Part shown: positions 19,249 to 29,239 of the stretch, piece after piece
Layout: each line of letters opens with the position of its first letter
Numbering within the stretch: the stretch's first letter is position 1
Source: Trueperaceae bacterium
GTDB lineage: Bacteria; Deinococcota; Deinococci; Deinococcales; Trueperaceae
Assembly: GCA_965213925.1 (NCBI GenBank)
Contig: OZ243927.1
Coordinates: forward strand, 1,888,001-1,952,000
DNA length: 64,000 bases
Direction: 5' to 3'
Made by a program: the position numbers and the translations under genes
Notes under the pieces: model-generated
What the model was told of the DNA's origin: nothing
Databases searched by the model: none
Seen by the model: the letters and a program-made list of their open reading frames with translations, nothing else

Positions 19249-20025
19249 ATGACGCGCCCCACGCTCACCTTTTTAGGCTCCGCCGACTCGCAGGGCGTCC
19301 CCCGGTGGTGGTGCACCTGCTCAGTCTGCGCGGAGGCGAAGACGACCGGGCAAAACGCCCGCACCCGCCCCTCCGCCGCGATTCGGGGAGACGAAACGGT
19401 TCTCCTCGACGCTTCACCCGAGTTGCGGCTCCAGTGCGCCCGCGAAGGCTTGACGGGCTTTGGCGCCGCGCTCATCACCCACGCGCACAATGACCATATT
19501 CTAGGGCTCGGCGACCTGGGCGATTGGGGGCGCTGGACAAAGCGGAGGTGCCCTGTCTACGCGCCCGAAGAGGTCTTGCCGCAGCTAGAGGCGAGATTTG
19601 GGTACATGACGAGCGGTCGCTACCCGGCGCATACGCCGTTTTTGGCGCTCGAGACCGCGCGAACCTTTGCGGGTTATGAGGTCCGCGCTTTCAAGGTGCC
19701 GCACGGCTACAACGGCTTTGCCTACGCTTTTCGCTTCTCGAGCGGAAACGCGCGTTGGGGCTACATGCCCGACTGTTTGGGGTTGCAAGACGTAGCGCCC
19801 TGGCGAGACTTGGACCTCTTGGTGCTCGGCGCGAGCTTTTACGAAGAGGACGCCCCGGTCGAAACGCGCAGCGTTTACGACGTGCGGGAAGCCGCCGAAC
19901 TCTTGCGAACCTTACAACCTAAGCGGACGATTCTGACGCATCTGGGCCACGGTATCGACATCAGAAAGCCTGCACCGGAAGGCGCGCGCTACGCCTTCGA
20001 CGGGCTCACGGTTGCGCTGCCATGA
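19249..20025 (+). CDS. MBL-fold phosphodiesterase (PhnP-like)
   Basis: LGSADSQGVP, CTCSVC, THAHNDH, LTHLGH. Confidence 0.85.
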   Translation: MTRPTLTFLGSADSQGVPRWWCTCSVCAEAKTTGQNARTRPSAAIRGDETVLLDASPELRLQCAREGLTGFGAALITHAHNDHILGLGDLGDWGRWTKRRCPVYAPEEVLPQLEARFGYMTSGRYPAHTPFLALETARTFAGYEVRAFKVPHGYNGFAYAFRFSSGNARWGYMPDCLGLQDVAPWRDLDLLVLGASFYEEDAPVETRSVYDVREAAELLRTLQPKRTILTHLGHGIDIRKPAPEGARYAFDGLTVALP

Positions 20026-21035
20026 ATTTGCGCTTGGAGGGTCTCGAGAAGCGCTACGGCGAGATTGGGGCGGTCGACGGGGTCTCTTTGTCGCTCCAGC
20101 CGGGCGAGACGCTGGCGCTACTAGGTCCGTCAGGGTGTGGGAAAAGCACGCTGCTGCGGCTCATCGCCGGTTTGGAAGCGGCGGACGCGGGGCGCATTTT
20201 CTTGAACGGCGAAGAGGTCACGGCGCGCCCGCCGCAGAAGCGCGGTTTCGGCATGGTCTTTCAGGACTACGCCCTCTTTCCGCACCTCAACGTGGAGCGC
20301 AACATCGCGTACGGTCTGGTCGAGAAGGGGTGGACGAAGCAGGAGCAGCGCGCGCGCGTAGCGGAGCTTTTGAACCTCGTCGGTTTGGAAGGGCTAGAGC
20401 GCCGCCGCGTGGCGGAGCTTTCGGGCGGGCAGCAGCAGCGCGTAGCGTTGGCGCGGGCGCTCGCGCCTAAACCTTCGCTCTTGCTGTTAGATGAACCCCT
20501 CTCCAACCTCGACTTAGCGCTGCGCGAAGACCTCAAAGGGCAACTGAAAGACCTCTTGAGCGACCTTGAACTGAGCGCCCTCTACGTCACCCACGACCAA
20601 GAGGAAGCCTTCACCTTGGCGGAGCACGTCGCGGTGATGCGCTCGGGGCGGATTTTGCAAGTCGACGACGCCGAAACGCTCTACGCGCAGCCCAAGACCG
20701 CCTGGATTGCGCAGTTTCTAGGACATACGAACGTCTACGAGGCGCTCGCCCACGAAGGGCTCAGGACGCTGACGAGCACCTCTTTAGAGAAACCCTATCT
20801 CCTCATCCGCAGCGATTTGGTCTGTTTGGGCTCGGGTGAAATGAGCGCAGAACTGCTCAGCTACACACGAACTGGCGCGCTGCACCGCCTCGAGCTTGAC
20901 CTCCACCCCTTCGGCTTGCGCTTCGTCTGGACGGGCTTCTCGAGGGAAGTTCCGGGCGGACTAGCGCCCGGAAGGACCCTCCAGCTTCACATCCCTGAAC
21001 ACGCCGTGGTCGGTCTAAACGGAGATAGGCAGTGA
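20022..21035 (+). CDS. ABC transporter ATP-binding protein (Fe3+/thiamine/spermidine class)
   Basis: GPSGCGKS, FQDYALFPH, LSGGQQQR, LLLDEP. Confidence 0.93.
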   Translation: MNLRLEGLEKRYGEIGAVDGVSLSLQPGETLALLGPSGCGKSTLLRLIAGLEAADAGRIFLNGEEVTARPPQKRGFGMVFQDYALFPHLNVERNIAYGLVEKGWTKQEQRARVAELLNLVGLEGLERRRVAELSGGQQQRVALARALAPKPSLLLLDEPLSNLDLALREDLKGQLKDLLSDLELSALYVTHDQEEAFTLAEHVAVMRSGRILQVDDAETLYAQPKTAWIAQFLGHTNVYEALAHEGLRTLTSTSLEKPYLLIRSDLVCLGSGEMSAELLSYTRTGALHRLELDLHPFGLRFVWTGFSREVPGGLAPGRTLQLHIPEHAVVGLNGDRQ

Positions 21036-21676
21036 AAGCGGTTATCTTAGCGGGCGGCGATATAGCCGTAACGGATGCCCTCAAAAACACGTGCCGAGAT
21101 GCAGAACTCGTCGTTGCAGCAGATTCGGGGCTGCGTCACGCGGCGGCACTAGGCGTCTCACCGGACATTATCGTCGGCGACTTCGACTCGGTGACGCGGG
21201 AGGTTTTGGCGGACTATCCCGAGGTGGAGAGGCTCGAGCACCCTGCCGAAAAAGACCTGCTCGACTTGGAACTCGCGCTCGACTACGCCAAGGAGAAGGG
21301 CGCGGCGCATTACCTCATCGTCGGCGGGCTCGGCGACCGCTTCGACCAGTCGCTCGCGGCTGTGTTTATCGCCGCAAGGTGGAAGCGGGCGGGCTACGGC
21401 GTGTCGCTTCAGTCGGGCGACCGCGCCCTCTACCCCTTGGCGGGAGAGGACGAGGTGAAGCTCGAGCTTCCTCCCGGGCAGCACTTTAGTCTGCTCAGCT
21501 TAGCCGAGACTTCGGCGGTGAGCTTGGAGGGCGCGAAGTACCCGCTCGAGAGGTACGCGCTCCCTTTCGGCGTCGGGCGGGGCGTCTCGAATGAGGTAGC
21601 GGGGGTTCCTTTGAAGGTTGAACTGCATGGTGGCCTGGCGCTGCTAATTGTGGAGAAGTTGAAAGCAACGAGTTGA
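21032..21676 (+). CDS. thiN: Thiamine diphosphokinase
   Basis: AADSG, GDFDS, EKDLLDLELAL, GGLGDRFDQ, GVSNE. Confidence 0.9.
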   Translation: MKAVILAGGDIAVTDALKNTCRDAELVVAADSGLRHAAALGVSPDIIVGDFDSVTREVLADYPEVERLEHPAEKDLLDLELALDYAKEKGAAHYLIVGGLGDRFDQSLAAVFIAARWKRAGYGVSLQSGDRALYPLAGEDEVKLELPPGQHFSLLSLAETSAVSLEGAKYPLERYALPFGVGRGVSNEVAGVPLKVELHGGLALLIVEKLKATS

Positions 21677-21717
21677 AAGCAATGAGTGAAAATCTTTGGA
21701 CTCATTGCTCATTGCTC
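21661..21717. repeat. AGCAATG-heptamer hairpin repeat (family C), copy 1
   Basis: AGCAATGAGT-12 nt-ACTCATTGCT; overlaps the thiN stop codon. Confidence 0.7.
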
Positions 21718-21964
21718 TGTTAAGTAAATTCTGCGATGTTGTTGTCACCCTGTTCACGAAGTAGAGCGAAACTTCGGCGAAGGCGTAAGGGTCTCGTTTG
21801 GCTACTGCCAAAACTCTGTAACTCGCAATCTCGGCTGGTTGGGAATGGAAGGCGAGATTCTTTCATCGTTCATCCCCGAAAGGGGGCTCCGCTATCGCTC
21901 TCCTTCGGAGGTACTGACGTGAACCGTTCAGAATGACATGTTTCATCTTTTGGCTAACAGTGTA
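21713..21964 (+). mobile_element. MITE family A, copy 2
   Basis: TGCTCTGTTAAGTAA...TGGCTAACAGTGTA; flanks CTCAT / CTTAT. Confidence 0.8.
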
Positions 21965-21976
21965 CTTATGGCTGCC

Positions 21977-22961
21977 TTACCACCGCTGATGCACCTGGTC
22001 ATAAGCGTAGCGTTCGTAGACCTCGCGCGCGCGCTTCATCACCTCGTCCGAGAGGGGTTCGAGTTCGGACGCCCGCGCGTTGTCTTGGGCCTGCTCGGGC
22101 TTTTTCGCGCCCGGTATCGACGCAGCTTACCTCGCCGAACATCAGAATCCAGCGGAGCGCGAACTGGGGCATGGTGGCGTTTTCGGGGATGAGGTCGCGC
22201 AATTCGTCCACCGCTCGTAGACCCGTCTCGAAGTCCAGCCCGGCGAAGGTCTCGCCCCTGTCGAAGGCTGACCCGTCGCGGTTGAAGAGGCGATGGTCGC
22301 CCTCTTCGAAGCTCGTTTGCTCGCTCATCTTCCCGGTCAAGAGCCCGCTCGCGAGGGGCACGCGCACCAAGATGCCGACGTCTTTGCGCTTCGCCTCCCT
22401 GAAAAATAGCTCGCTCGGGCGCTGCCGCAAGAGGTTGAAGATGATTTGAACAGAGGACAAGCCGGGGTACTCGAGCGCCTTGAGTCCCTCCTCGACCTTC
22501 TCCACCGACACGCCGTAGTGCTTAATCTTGCCCTCGCGCTTCATGTCCTCTAAAACTTCGAAGACTTCCGGCTGGTAAAAGACGTTTGTAGGTGGGCAGT
22601 GAAGCTGAACGAGGTCGAGGGCGTCGGTGTCTAGGTTCTTCAGGCTTCTGTCCACGAAAGCGTTCAGGTTCTCGCGGTTATAGCCTTCGGCGGTGTGCGG
22701 GTCGAGGCGACGCCCCGCCTTGGTCGGGATGTAGAGCGTCTCGGAGCGCTCTTTACGGAGCTTGGCAAGGAGCCGTTCGCTGCGTCCGTCGCCGTAGACG
22801 TCCGCCGTGTCGAAGAGGTTGATGCCTTCGTCCACCGCCTTGTGTAGCGCCTTCATTGAATCCTCGTCGCTGACCTCGCCCCACGAGCCGCCAATCGCCC
22901 ACGAGCCGAAACTCACCTCAGAGACTTGCCACCCTGTTTTGCCCAACGTCCGGTAGTTCAT
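21977..22961 (-). pseudogene. Aldo/keto reductase with a 1-bp insertion near 22118
   Basis: MNYRTLGKTG, FDTADVYG, QLHCPP, RVPLASGLL. The expected IPGAKKPEQ...DQVHQRW* tail continues in the +1 frame to a stop at 21977. Confidence 0.8.
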
Positions 22962-22994
22962 CGTTCCCTCCACACCTTTTGTTTTTATTTTCAG

Positions 22995-23253
22995 TACACC
23001 GCAAACTAAGTATTGATACTTCTCACTGATGTCACCCTGTTCACGAAGTAGAGCGAAGCTTCGGCGAAGGCGTAAGGGTCTCGTTTGGCTATGCCAAAAC
23101 TTTGTAACTCGCAATCTCTGTAAGAGGAGTCAGTAAGGTCAGAGATTCTTACACGGAGTCTATCCTATGGTTTACCGTAGGGCGGAGTCTATCCTACGCT
23201 CGCCGTAGGGCTCCGTTCAGAATGACATCACTCGTTTTTTGATTAACAGTGTA
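22995..23253 (+). mobile_element. MITE family A, copy 3
   Basis: TACACCGCAAACTAA...TTGATTAACAGTGTA; perfect 5-bp TTCAG on both flanks. Confidence 0.82.
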
Positions 23254-23539
23254 TTCAGACCGTTCGGCGTGCAGCTTACCGCGTTTTGGCAAAGCTATTT
23301 TGTGGGATAGTCCGAGGTAATGCGAAATCTCTTACTTTTAAGCCGCCGCGCTACTACGAAGCTCACGCTACCCGACATAGCGTAGAGGCAAACCTAGCGT
23401 ACACTTGGGGATGATGTTCAACATAGTGAAGCGAATTGTCTCGAGGGGTGACGTGCCACATCGTGTTCAAGCCAACTGACGTATACCTAGACGCCATCAA
23501 CTTTGCTCATGTCGCCCCTAGTAGCACCTCTATGACGCG

Positions 23540-24523
23540 GTGTTCGCTCCGATGACGCCTTCCGTCGTCATCCGCGGCACGGGCGCTTACGTTCCCGAGA
23601 CGCGCCTCACGAACGCTGACTTAGAGCGCATGGTCGACACCTCCGACGAGTGGATCGTAGCGCGCACGGGCATCTCCGAGCGGCGCATCGCCGACCGTGA
23701 CGAGGCGACCTCGCACATGGCGCAGCGCGCGGCGTGCGCGGCGCTGCAAGACGCGGGCGTGAACGCCGCCGACATCGACCTCATCGTGGTCGGCACCTCC
23801 ACGCCGGACCATCACTTCCCCTCGGTCGCCTGCAAGCTCCAGGCGAGCATCGGCTGCACGAACGCGGCCGCGTTCGACGTGAACGCGGCGTGCGCGGGCT
23901 TCATCTCGGCGCTGCAGGTCGCCGAGCAGTTTATCCGGGCGGGCAGCGCCGAGCACGTGCTGGTGGTCGGCGCGGACTGCATGTCGCGCATTTTAGACTA
24001 CACGGACCGCGCCACGAGCATTCTGTTCGGCGACGGGGCGGGCGCGTTCGTCCTCTCCAAAGGCGAAAAGGGCGAGGGCGGCATCCTCAGCTCCGCGACC
24101 TACGCCGACGGCACCTACTACGACAAGCTCTACGTCTGCGGCGGCGGCTGCACCACAGACGGGCAAGAGGACCGCGCCAAAATCCTCATGAACGGCAGAG
24201 CTATTTTCCAACTCGCGGTGCGGGCGATGGTGAGCGCCACCGAAGAGGTGCTCGCCAAAGCGGGCGTGTCGGTCGGCGAGGTCGACTGGGTCGTGCCGCA
24301 TCAAGCGAACCAGCGCATCACGGACGCGGTAGCGAAAGGGCTCTGCGTGTCGCTCGAGAAGGTCATCAGCACCATCAAAGACTTCGGCAACAACTCCGCG
24401 GCGACCGTGCCCTTAGCGATGGACATCGCTATCAAAGACGGACGCATCCAGCGCGGCGATAAGGTGATTTTAACGGCGTTCGGCGGCGGGTTGTCGTGGG
24501 GGTCGGTGCTGCTTAGTTACTAA
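23540..24523 (+). CDS. fabH: 3-oxoacyl-ACP synthase III
   Basis: DTSDEWI, AACAGF, FGDGAGA, PHQAN, GNNSAA, FGGGLSWG. Confidence 0.93.
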   Translation: MFAPMTPSVVIRGTGAYVPETRLTNADLERMVDTSDEWIVARTGISERRIADRDEATSHMAQRAACAALQDAGVNAADIDLIVVGTSTPDHHFPSVACKLQASIGCTNAAAFDVNAACAGFISALQVAEQFIRAGSAEHVLVVGADCMSRILDYTDRATSILFGDGAGAFVLSKGEKGEGGILSSATYADGTYYDKLYVCGGGCTTDGQEDRAKILMNGRAIFQLAVRAMVSATEEVLAKAGVSVGEVDWVVPHQANQRITDAVAKGLCVSLEKVISTIKDFGNNSAATVPLAMDIAIKDGRIQRGDKVILTAFGGGLSWGSVLLSY

Positions 24524-24528
24524 GAAGA

Positions 24529-24611
24529 GAGCAATGAGCAACCCAGTCAAGCTGGGCGAACGGCGAGCAATGAGCAATGAGTGAAAAGCTTTAGACTCAT
24601 TGCTCATTGCT
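24529..24611. repeat. AGCAATG-heptamer hairpin repeat (family C), copy 2
   Basis: Perfect 17-bp stem 24566-24582 / 24595-24611, between convergent fabH and azlD. Confidence 0.75.
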
Positions 24612-24614
24612 TCT

Positions 24615-24938
24615 TTACAGAACCGCCTGCAACGTCCACAACGCCACCATGCCCGCTACAATCGTCCAGATGACGCTCTTGGTGTAAAACGCTACGGCGA
24701 GCGCAAAAAGTCCCGCCAACAGTTTTTCATTGGTGAGCGCAAGCTCCAAGTCACCCTCGCGGAAGACGAGCGCGGGTACGACGATGGCGGAGAGCACCGC
24801 CGCTGGCACGAAGCGGAGCGCCCGCTGAATGAGGGGCGGCATCTCGAGGCGTCCCGCTAAGGCGATGAACGACACGCGGAGCGCAAAGGTGACGAGACCC
24901 ATTAAGAGAATCGTCAGCCAGAGCGCCGAAGTGCTCAC
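24615..24938 (-). CDS. azlD: AzlD domain protein
   Basis: TFALR, LRFVPAAVLSAIV; coupled to azlC. Confidence 0.85.
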   Translation of the reverse strand: MSTSALWLTILLMGLVTFALRVSFIALAGRLEMPPLIQRALRFVPAAVLSAIVVPALVFREGDLELALTNEKLLAGLFALAVAFYTKSVIWTIVAGMVALWTLQAVL

Positions 24939-25633
24939 GAACGCTCCGTCTTTGCGCCCACCGTCTCGACCAGCACGCCGACCCCAATGCCCGTAAGCGC
25001 CGCGACGATGAGCGCCAGGTTGAAGGGCAAGGGGTCGGCGGCGACGACCGTGACGCCCGCCATGAGCGCCGCCGCTGCTGAGGCGCGGTCGGTGACGGCG
25101 GGGATGATGAGCACCATGAAGATAAGCGGAATCGCGAACTCCAAAGACCAGCCCTCGGGGACCTGTGCGCCGACGAATACGCCGACCATCGTAGAGACCA
25201 TCCAGACCGCCCAGATAGGCGCGGCGATACCGAGGTAGAAGAGGTTTTTGTGCGACATCTCGGGCTCGTCTGAGAAGCGGTTGAGCGCGAAGGCGTACGC
25301 CTGGTCGGTCATGAGGTACGCCATCAGACCTTTCCAGGGTGCTGAAAAGCGCTTTAAGTAGGGTGCGATCGAAGCGCTGTACATCACGAAGCGCAGGTTG
25401 ATAAAAAAGGTCGTCATCAGGATGACTAAAATGGGCGAGCCCGACGCGATAAGCTGCAGCCCGGCGAGCTGCGACGCGCCCGCGAAGACGATGGCGGATA
25501 GGAGCACGGCGGGCAGCTCGGGCAAGCCGACGCTGACCGCACTCACGCCCGCGACCAGCCCGAAAGGGACGACGCCCAGCATCACAGGTAGACCTGTTTG
25601 GACGCCGGAGAGAAAGGTGGCTGAAGGGGACAC
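24935..25633 (-). CDS. azlC: AzlC family branched-chain amino acid exporter
   Basis: VFAGASQL, INLRFVMYS, MTDQAYA. Confidence 0.9.
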   Translation of the reverse strand: MSPSATFLSGVQTGLPVMLGVVPFGLVAGVSAVSVGLPELPAVLLSAIVFAGASQLAGLQLIASGSPILVILMTTFFINLRFVMYSASIAPYLKRFSAPWKGLMAYLMTDQAYAFALNRFSDEPEMSHKNLFYLGIAAPIWAVWMVSTMVGVFVGAQVPEGWSLEFAIPLIFMVLIIPAVTDRASAAAALMAGVTVVAADPLPFNLALIVAALTGIGVGVLVETVGAKTERS

Positions 25634-25734
25634 GGGCTCACTCTACGTCACCTAGAAGTAGCTCGAGCCCCTTTCAGATGCAAAAGAGGGTAAAAGAAGA
25701 CGGCGCTGCCCAACCGTCGCCGTCAACGTAAACG

Positions 25735-27213
25735 TTAAACCTCCGGCTTGAGGAGCGGAAAGAGGATCACGTCGCGGATGCTCGGTACGTCCGCCAAGAG
25801 GATCGCCAGGCGGTCGAGCCCTAGCCCCAAGCCGCCCGTGGGCGGCATCCCGTACTCGAGCGCCGCCAGAAAGTCCTCGTCCAAGGGTTGCGCCTCGTCG
25901 TCGCCCGCGTCGCGCAAAGCCTGCTGCGCCTCGAAGCGTCGCCGCTGGTCTAAGGGGTCGTTCAGTTCCGAAAAGGCGTTGCCGAGTTCCATGCCCACAC
26001 AGACCGGCTCGAAGCGTTCGACTAAGCCGGGTCTCTCCCGGTGCTTTTTCGCCAGTGGGCTGATCGCTAAAGGATGGTCCATGACAAAGGTCGGCTGCTC
26101 TAAGTGCGGCTCTACGTAGATGTCGTAGAGCTTGTTGTAAATCTGATTGATGGGCTGCTCAGCTAATGGCTCACTATCGCCTTGCGGTGCGTGATGCTCG
26201 CGCACCCATGCGCGCAGTTTCTCCTCATCTAAAGGGTTGACGTCCATGTTCGCCCTCGCCTTGAGTTCGCCTGTGTAATCGACTCGAGCCCAAGGCGTGC
26301 TAAAGTCCAACTCGGTCCCCTGATAGGTGAGCGTGGTCGAGCCCGTCAGTTCTTTTACCAGTGTGCTGTACATCGTCTCGACCAGGTCCAGAATGTCCAG
26401 GTAGTCTTTGCCCGCCCAGTAAAGCTCCAGCATCGTGTATTCCGGGTTGTGCTTGGGGCTCATCCCCTCGTTGCGGAAGTTGCGCCCGATCTCGTAAACC
26501 GCCTCGAAGCCGCCGACGATAAGGCGCTTGAGGTACAGCTCCAAGGAGATGCGCAGGTGAAAGTCGTGATCTAGTGCATTGTGATGCGTTTCGAACGGCC
26601 GCGCCTCTGCGCCCCCAGGAATGCTCTGCAGGACAGGCGTCTCGACCTCCAAAAAGCCCAAGTCGTCCAGGTAGCGGCGGATGTAGGCAATCGCGCGTGA
26701 GCGTAGCACAAACGCCCGCCTGACCTCCGGATTGACCATGAGGTCGAGGTGGCGCTGGCGGTAGCGCTGCTCTTTATCTGCCAGTCCGTGATACTTGTCG
26801 GGCAGCGGGCGCAGTGACTTGACGAGGGGACGAAAATCTGTCGCTTTGACCGTCAGCTCGCCTGTTTTCGTGACAAAGAGGGAGCCTGTGACCTCGAGCC
26901 AATCCCCCAAGTCGATCTTTTTAAGCGCGTTGTAGCGCTCTAGCGCGTCCTTTTGGAAGTACGCCTGAATCTGCCCCGACGCATCTTGCAAGGTTATAAA
27001 CGATGCCTTGCCCATCATCCGCACGGTCATCGCCCGTCCCGCAATAGTCACGACCTCTTCAAAGGCGTCACCCGGCTCTGCGCCTCCATGTTTGGCTTGT
27101 AAGTCCGCCGCGCGGTGCGTCGCCTGGTAACTATACGGATACGGCTCGAAGCCGCGCTCCTCCAGTGATTCTAAATTTCTAAGCCGCTGTTCGCGTTGTT
27201 CGTTGAGTGACAT
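25735..27213 (-). CDS. lysS: Lysine--tRNA ligase (class II)
   Basis: RYRQRHLDL, ELYLKRL, FRNEG, YGMPPTGGLGLG. Leaderless ATG at 27213. Confidence 0.96.
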   Translation of the reverse strand: MSLNEQREQRLRNLESLEERGFEPYPYSYQATHRAADLQAKHGGAEPGDAFEEVVTIAGRAMTVRMMGKASFITLQDASGQIQAYFQKDALERYNALKKIDLGDWLEVTGSLFVTKTGELTVKATDFRPLVKSLRPLPDKYHGLADKEQRYRQRHLDLMVNPEVRRAFVLRSRAIAYIRRYLDDLGFLEVETPVLQSIPGGAEARPFETHHNALDHDFHLRISLELYLKRLIVGGFEAVYEIGRNFRNEGMSPKHNPEYTMLELYWAGKDYLDILDLVETMYSTLVKELTGSTTLTYQGTELDFSTPWARVDYTGELKARANMDVNPLDEEKLRAWVREHHAPQGDSEPLAEQPINQIYNKLYDIYVEPHLEQPTFVMDHPLAISPLAKKHRERPGLVERFEPVCVGMELGNAFSELNDPLDQRRRFEAQQALRDAGDDEAQPLDEDFLAALEYGMPPTGGLGLGLDRLAILLADVPSIRDVILFPLLKPEV

Positions 27214-27352
27214 AAATGAAATCCTAAAGTAGAGAGTCGGAGAGTCAACGTCCGTTTGTATTAGATTACCTCTCACGCGCTGCGGCGAACGTAGGGTCAG
27301 TTTGTTTAGAGGGCGTTGGTAAGCGAGCGGTAGTTCCCTCGTTAGGAGTCAA

Positions 27353-27524
27353 TACATCGTCAACTAAATTCTGCAATACTGTTGTCACCCCGAGCCCAGT
27401 CGAGGGGTCTCGCCTTGCATTCTCTGTCAGACAAGAAGGCAAATGCAGAGATTCTTTCGCGGAGTCTATCCTATACTCGCGTAGGGCTCAGAACGACATC
27501 ACTCATTCTTTAGTTGACAGTTCA
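27353..27524 (+). mobile_element. MITE family A, copy 4
   Basis: TACATCGTCAACTAA...TTAGTTGACAGTTCA with the same internal arms. Confidence 0.78.
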
Positions 27525-27634
27525 GTCGTGTTTTTACGTTGACTGCTGAATTCTAACGATTGGCTACTCAACCTCTCTGATACCGGACCAGCTTCGCTAC
27601 CCCTTTATAATTTACTACCAAAGGAGTTTTTACC

Positions 27635-28111
27635 ATGAGCAAAAAACCTATCTACCTCACCCCGCAAGGTCATCAGAAGATCAAAGACGAACTCAAGTAC
27701 CTCGTCGAGGTGCGCCGCCAGCAAATTTCTGAGAACATGGGGCAAGCCATCGCCGACGGCGACCTTCGTGAAAGTGCCGCCTACGACGAAGCCCGCATGG
27801 AGCAGAGCGCCAACGAAGCGAGAATCGCCGACCTAGAAGAGATCATCCACCGCGCCGTCGTCGTCGAGCATCAAGAGGGCGACGTCGCTATCGCCCGCTT
27901 AGGCGCGAGCCTCATCCTGGAGGACACCTCGGGCGAGCAGAACACCTTTCACTTGGTCGGCACGCACGAAGCGGACATTTTGGATAACCGCATCTCGGAC
28001 GAGTCGCCCCTGGGCTCGAAGCTGATGGGCAAGCAAGCAGGCGATAAGGTCAAGGTTCCCCTCGGTAGCCGTACGGCGGAATATACCGTGGTGGACGTGC
28101 GCTTCGAGTAG
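27635..28111 (+). CDS. greA: Transcription elongation factor GreA
   Basis: GDLRESAAY, ISDESPLG; AAGGAG RBS. Confidence 0.93.
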   Translation: MSKKPIYLTPQGHQKIKDELKYLVEVRRQQISENMGQAIADGDLRESAAYDEARMEQSANEARIADLEEIIHRAVVVEHQEGDVAIARLGASLILEDTSGEQNTFHLVGTHEADILDNRISDESPLGSKLMGKQAGDKVKVPLGSRTAEYTVVDVRFE

Positions 28112-28147
28112 AAGAGGTTGGATTCCTCGAGTAGCGCGAAGCCCAAA

Positions 28148-28186
28148 GAGAGTCCTTGCATGATTCGACGCGAGGGCTCTCTTTTT
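28148..28186 (+). terminator. Rho-independent terminator of greA
   Basis: AGAGAGTCCTTGC...GCGAGGGCTCTCT followed by a T run. Confidence 0.65.
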
Positions 28187-28232
28187 GTTGTGCACCATTT
28201 TGTTGTGTCCCATCCTGTACACTAAATGCCTC

Positions 28233-29015
28233 ATGGAAAAAGACGCCTACATCAGAGCCAACCGCGCTATGTGGGACCAGACCGCCGAAGTCTATGAGGC
28301 GGAGGGGTTTGCTGCGCTGCTTGAAGCGGTACGTCGGAGCGACTTTTCAACCTTTGACGAGGTGGAACGGCGCGTCTTCGCAGACATCAACCTCACGGGC
28401 AAAAACGTCATTCAGTTAGGCTGCAATAACGGACGCGAACTTATCAGCGTGAAAAAGGCGGGGGCGGCGCGATGTATAGGCGTGGACGTGTCGGAGAGGA
28501 TACTGAGCCAGGCGCAGCGACTTGCCGAGGCGAGCGGGCAAGAGGTCGAGTTTGTCCGCAGCAGCCTCTACGACCTCGGTGACACGTTTGATAATGCCTT
28601 TGACGTTGTTTACGTGACCATCGGTGTGCTCGGCTGGTTGCCTGACCTGCCTAGTTTTTTCGAGGTTGTAGACACGCTGTTGCGCCGTGATGGACACTTT
28701 TTTCTCTACGACCAACATCCGATCTTGGGCATGTTCGACCCGGCGCACAAACTCGTGATTGACAGCTCGTACTTTCGCCAAGAACCGTTTGTCGAAGAGG
28801 TCTTACCCGACTATATGGACCCGTCACAGACGGGACGCGCTACGTCCTACTGGTTTCAGCACACGCTCTCGAGCATCCTCAGCCTCTGCCTCCACGGGCT
28901 CGACCTCACACATTTTGAAGAACACGAGCACGACCTCTCGGGGACATACAGGGTGTTTCAAGACCTCGAGCATAAACCGCCACTGAGTTTTTTACTCGTT
29001 GCCAAGAAGAGGTAG
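28233..29015 (+). CDS. Class I SAM-dependent methyltransferase
   Basis: VIQLGCNNGRE, GVDVS, FDVVY, HP motif. Confidence 0.85.
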   Translation: MEKDAYIRANRAMWDQTAEVYEAEGFAALLEAVRRSDFSTFDEVERRVFADINLTGKNVIQLGCNNGRELISVKKAGAARCIGVDVSERILSQAQRLAEASGQEVEFVRSSLYDLGDTFDNAFDVVYVTIGVLGWLPDLPSFFEVVDTLLRRDGHFFLYDQHPILGMFDPAHKLVIDSSYFRQEPFVEEVLPDYMDPSQTGRATSYWFQHTLSSILSLCLHGLDLTHFEEHEHDLSGTYRVFQDLEHKPPLSFLLVAKKR

Positions 29016-29039
29016 CGCGGCGATGTGTAAATTTAGGGG

Positions 29040-29069
29040 TTGCTAACCCCTCCGTAACTCTGTTAAACT
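29040..29069 (+). promoter_or_regulatory. Sigma70-type promoter of tRNA-Asn
   Basis: TTGCTA-18 nt-TAAACT with an extended -10 TG. Confidence 0.6.
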
Positions 29070-29094
29070 ACTTGTCGCTCTGAGGAGCGCGTAT

Positions 29095-29169
29095 TCCGCG
29101 GTAGCTCAGTGGTAGAGCGACCGGCTGTTAACCGGTTGGTCGTAGGTTCGAATCCTACCCGCGGAGCCA
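29095..29169 (+). tRNA. tRNA-Asn(GTT)
   Basis: Cloverleaf TCCGCGG..CCGCGGA-G-CCA, anticodon loop CT-GTT-AA, GTTCGAATC. Confidence 0.97.
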
Positions 29170-29173
29170 CTTT

Positions 29174-29214
29174 AGACCTCGTTTCGAGCTTAAAAACTCG
29201 AGGCGGGGTCTTTT
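29174..29214 (+). terminator. Terminator after tRNA-Asn
   Basis: AGACCTCGTTTCGAG...CTCGAGGCGGGGTCT followed by TTT. Confidence 0.65.
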
Positions 29215-29239
29215 CCTTTACGCCCGTTATACTCTTCCT

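Noticed and set aside
19201..20022. TPP riboswitch upstream of the ABC ATPase-thiN genes
   Set aside because: No CTGAGA...ACCTG signature is visible and there is almost no intergenic space.
22962..23114. N-terminal extension of the aldo/keto reductase in the ORF track
   Set aside because: It runs through MITE copy 3; the real start is ATG 22961 after GGAGGG.
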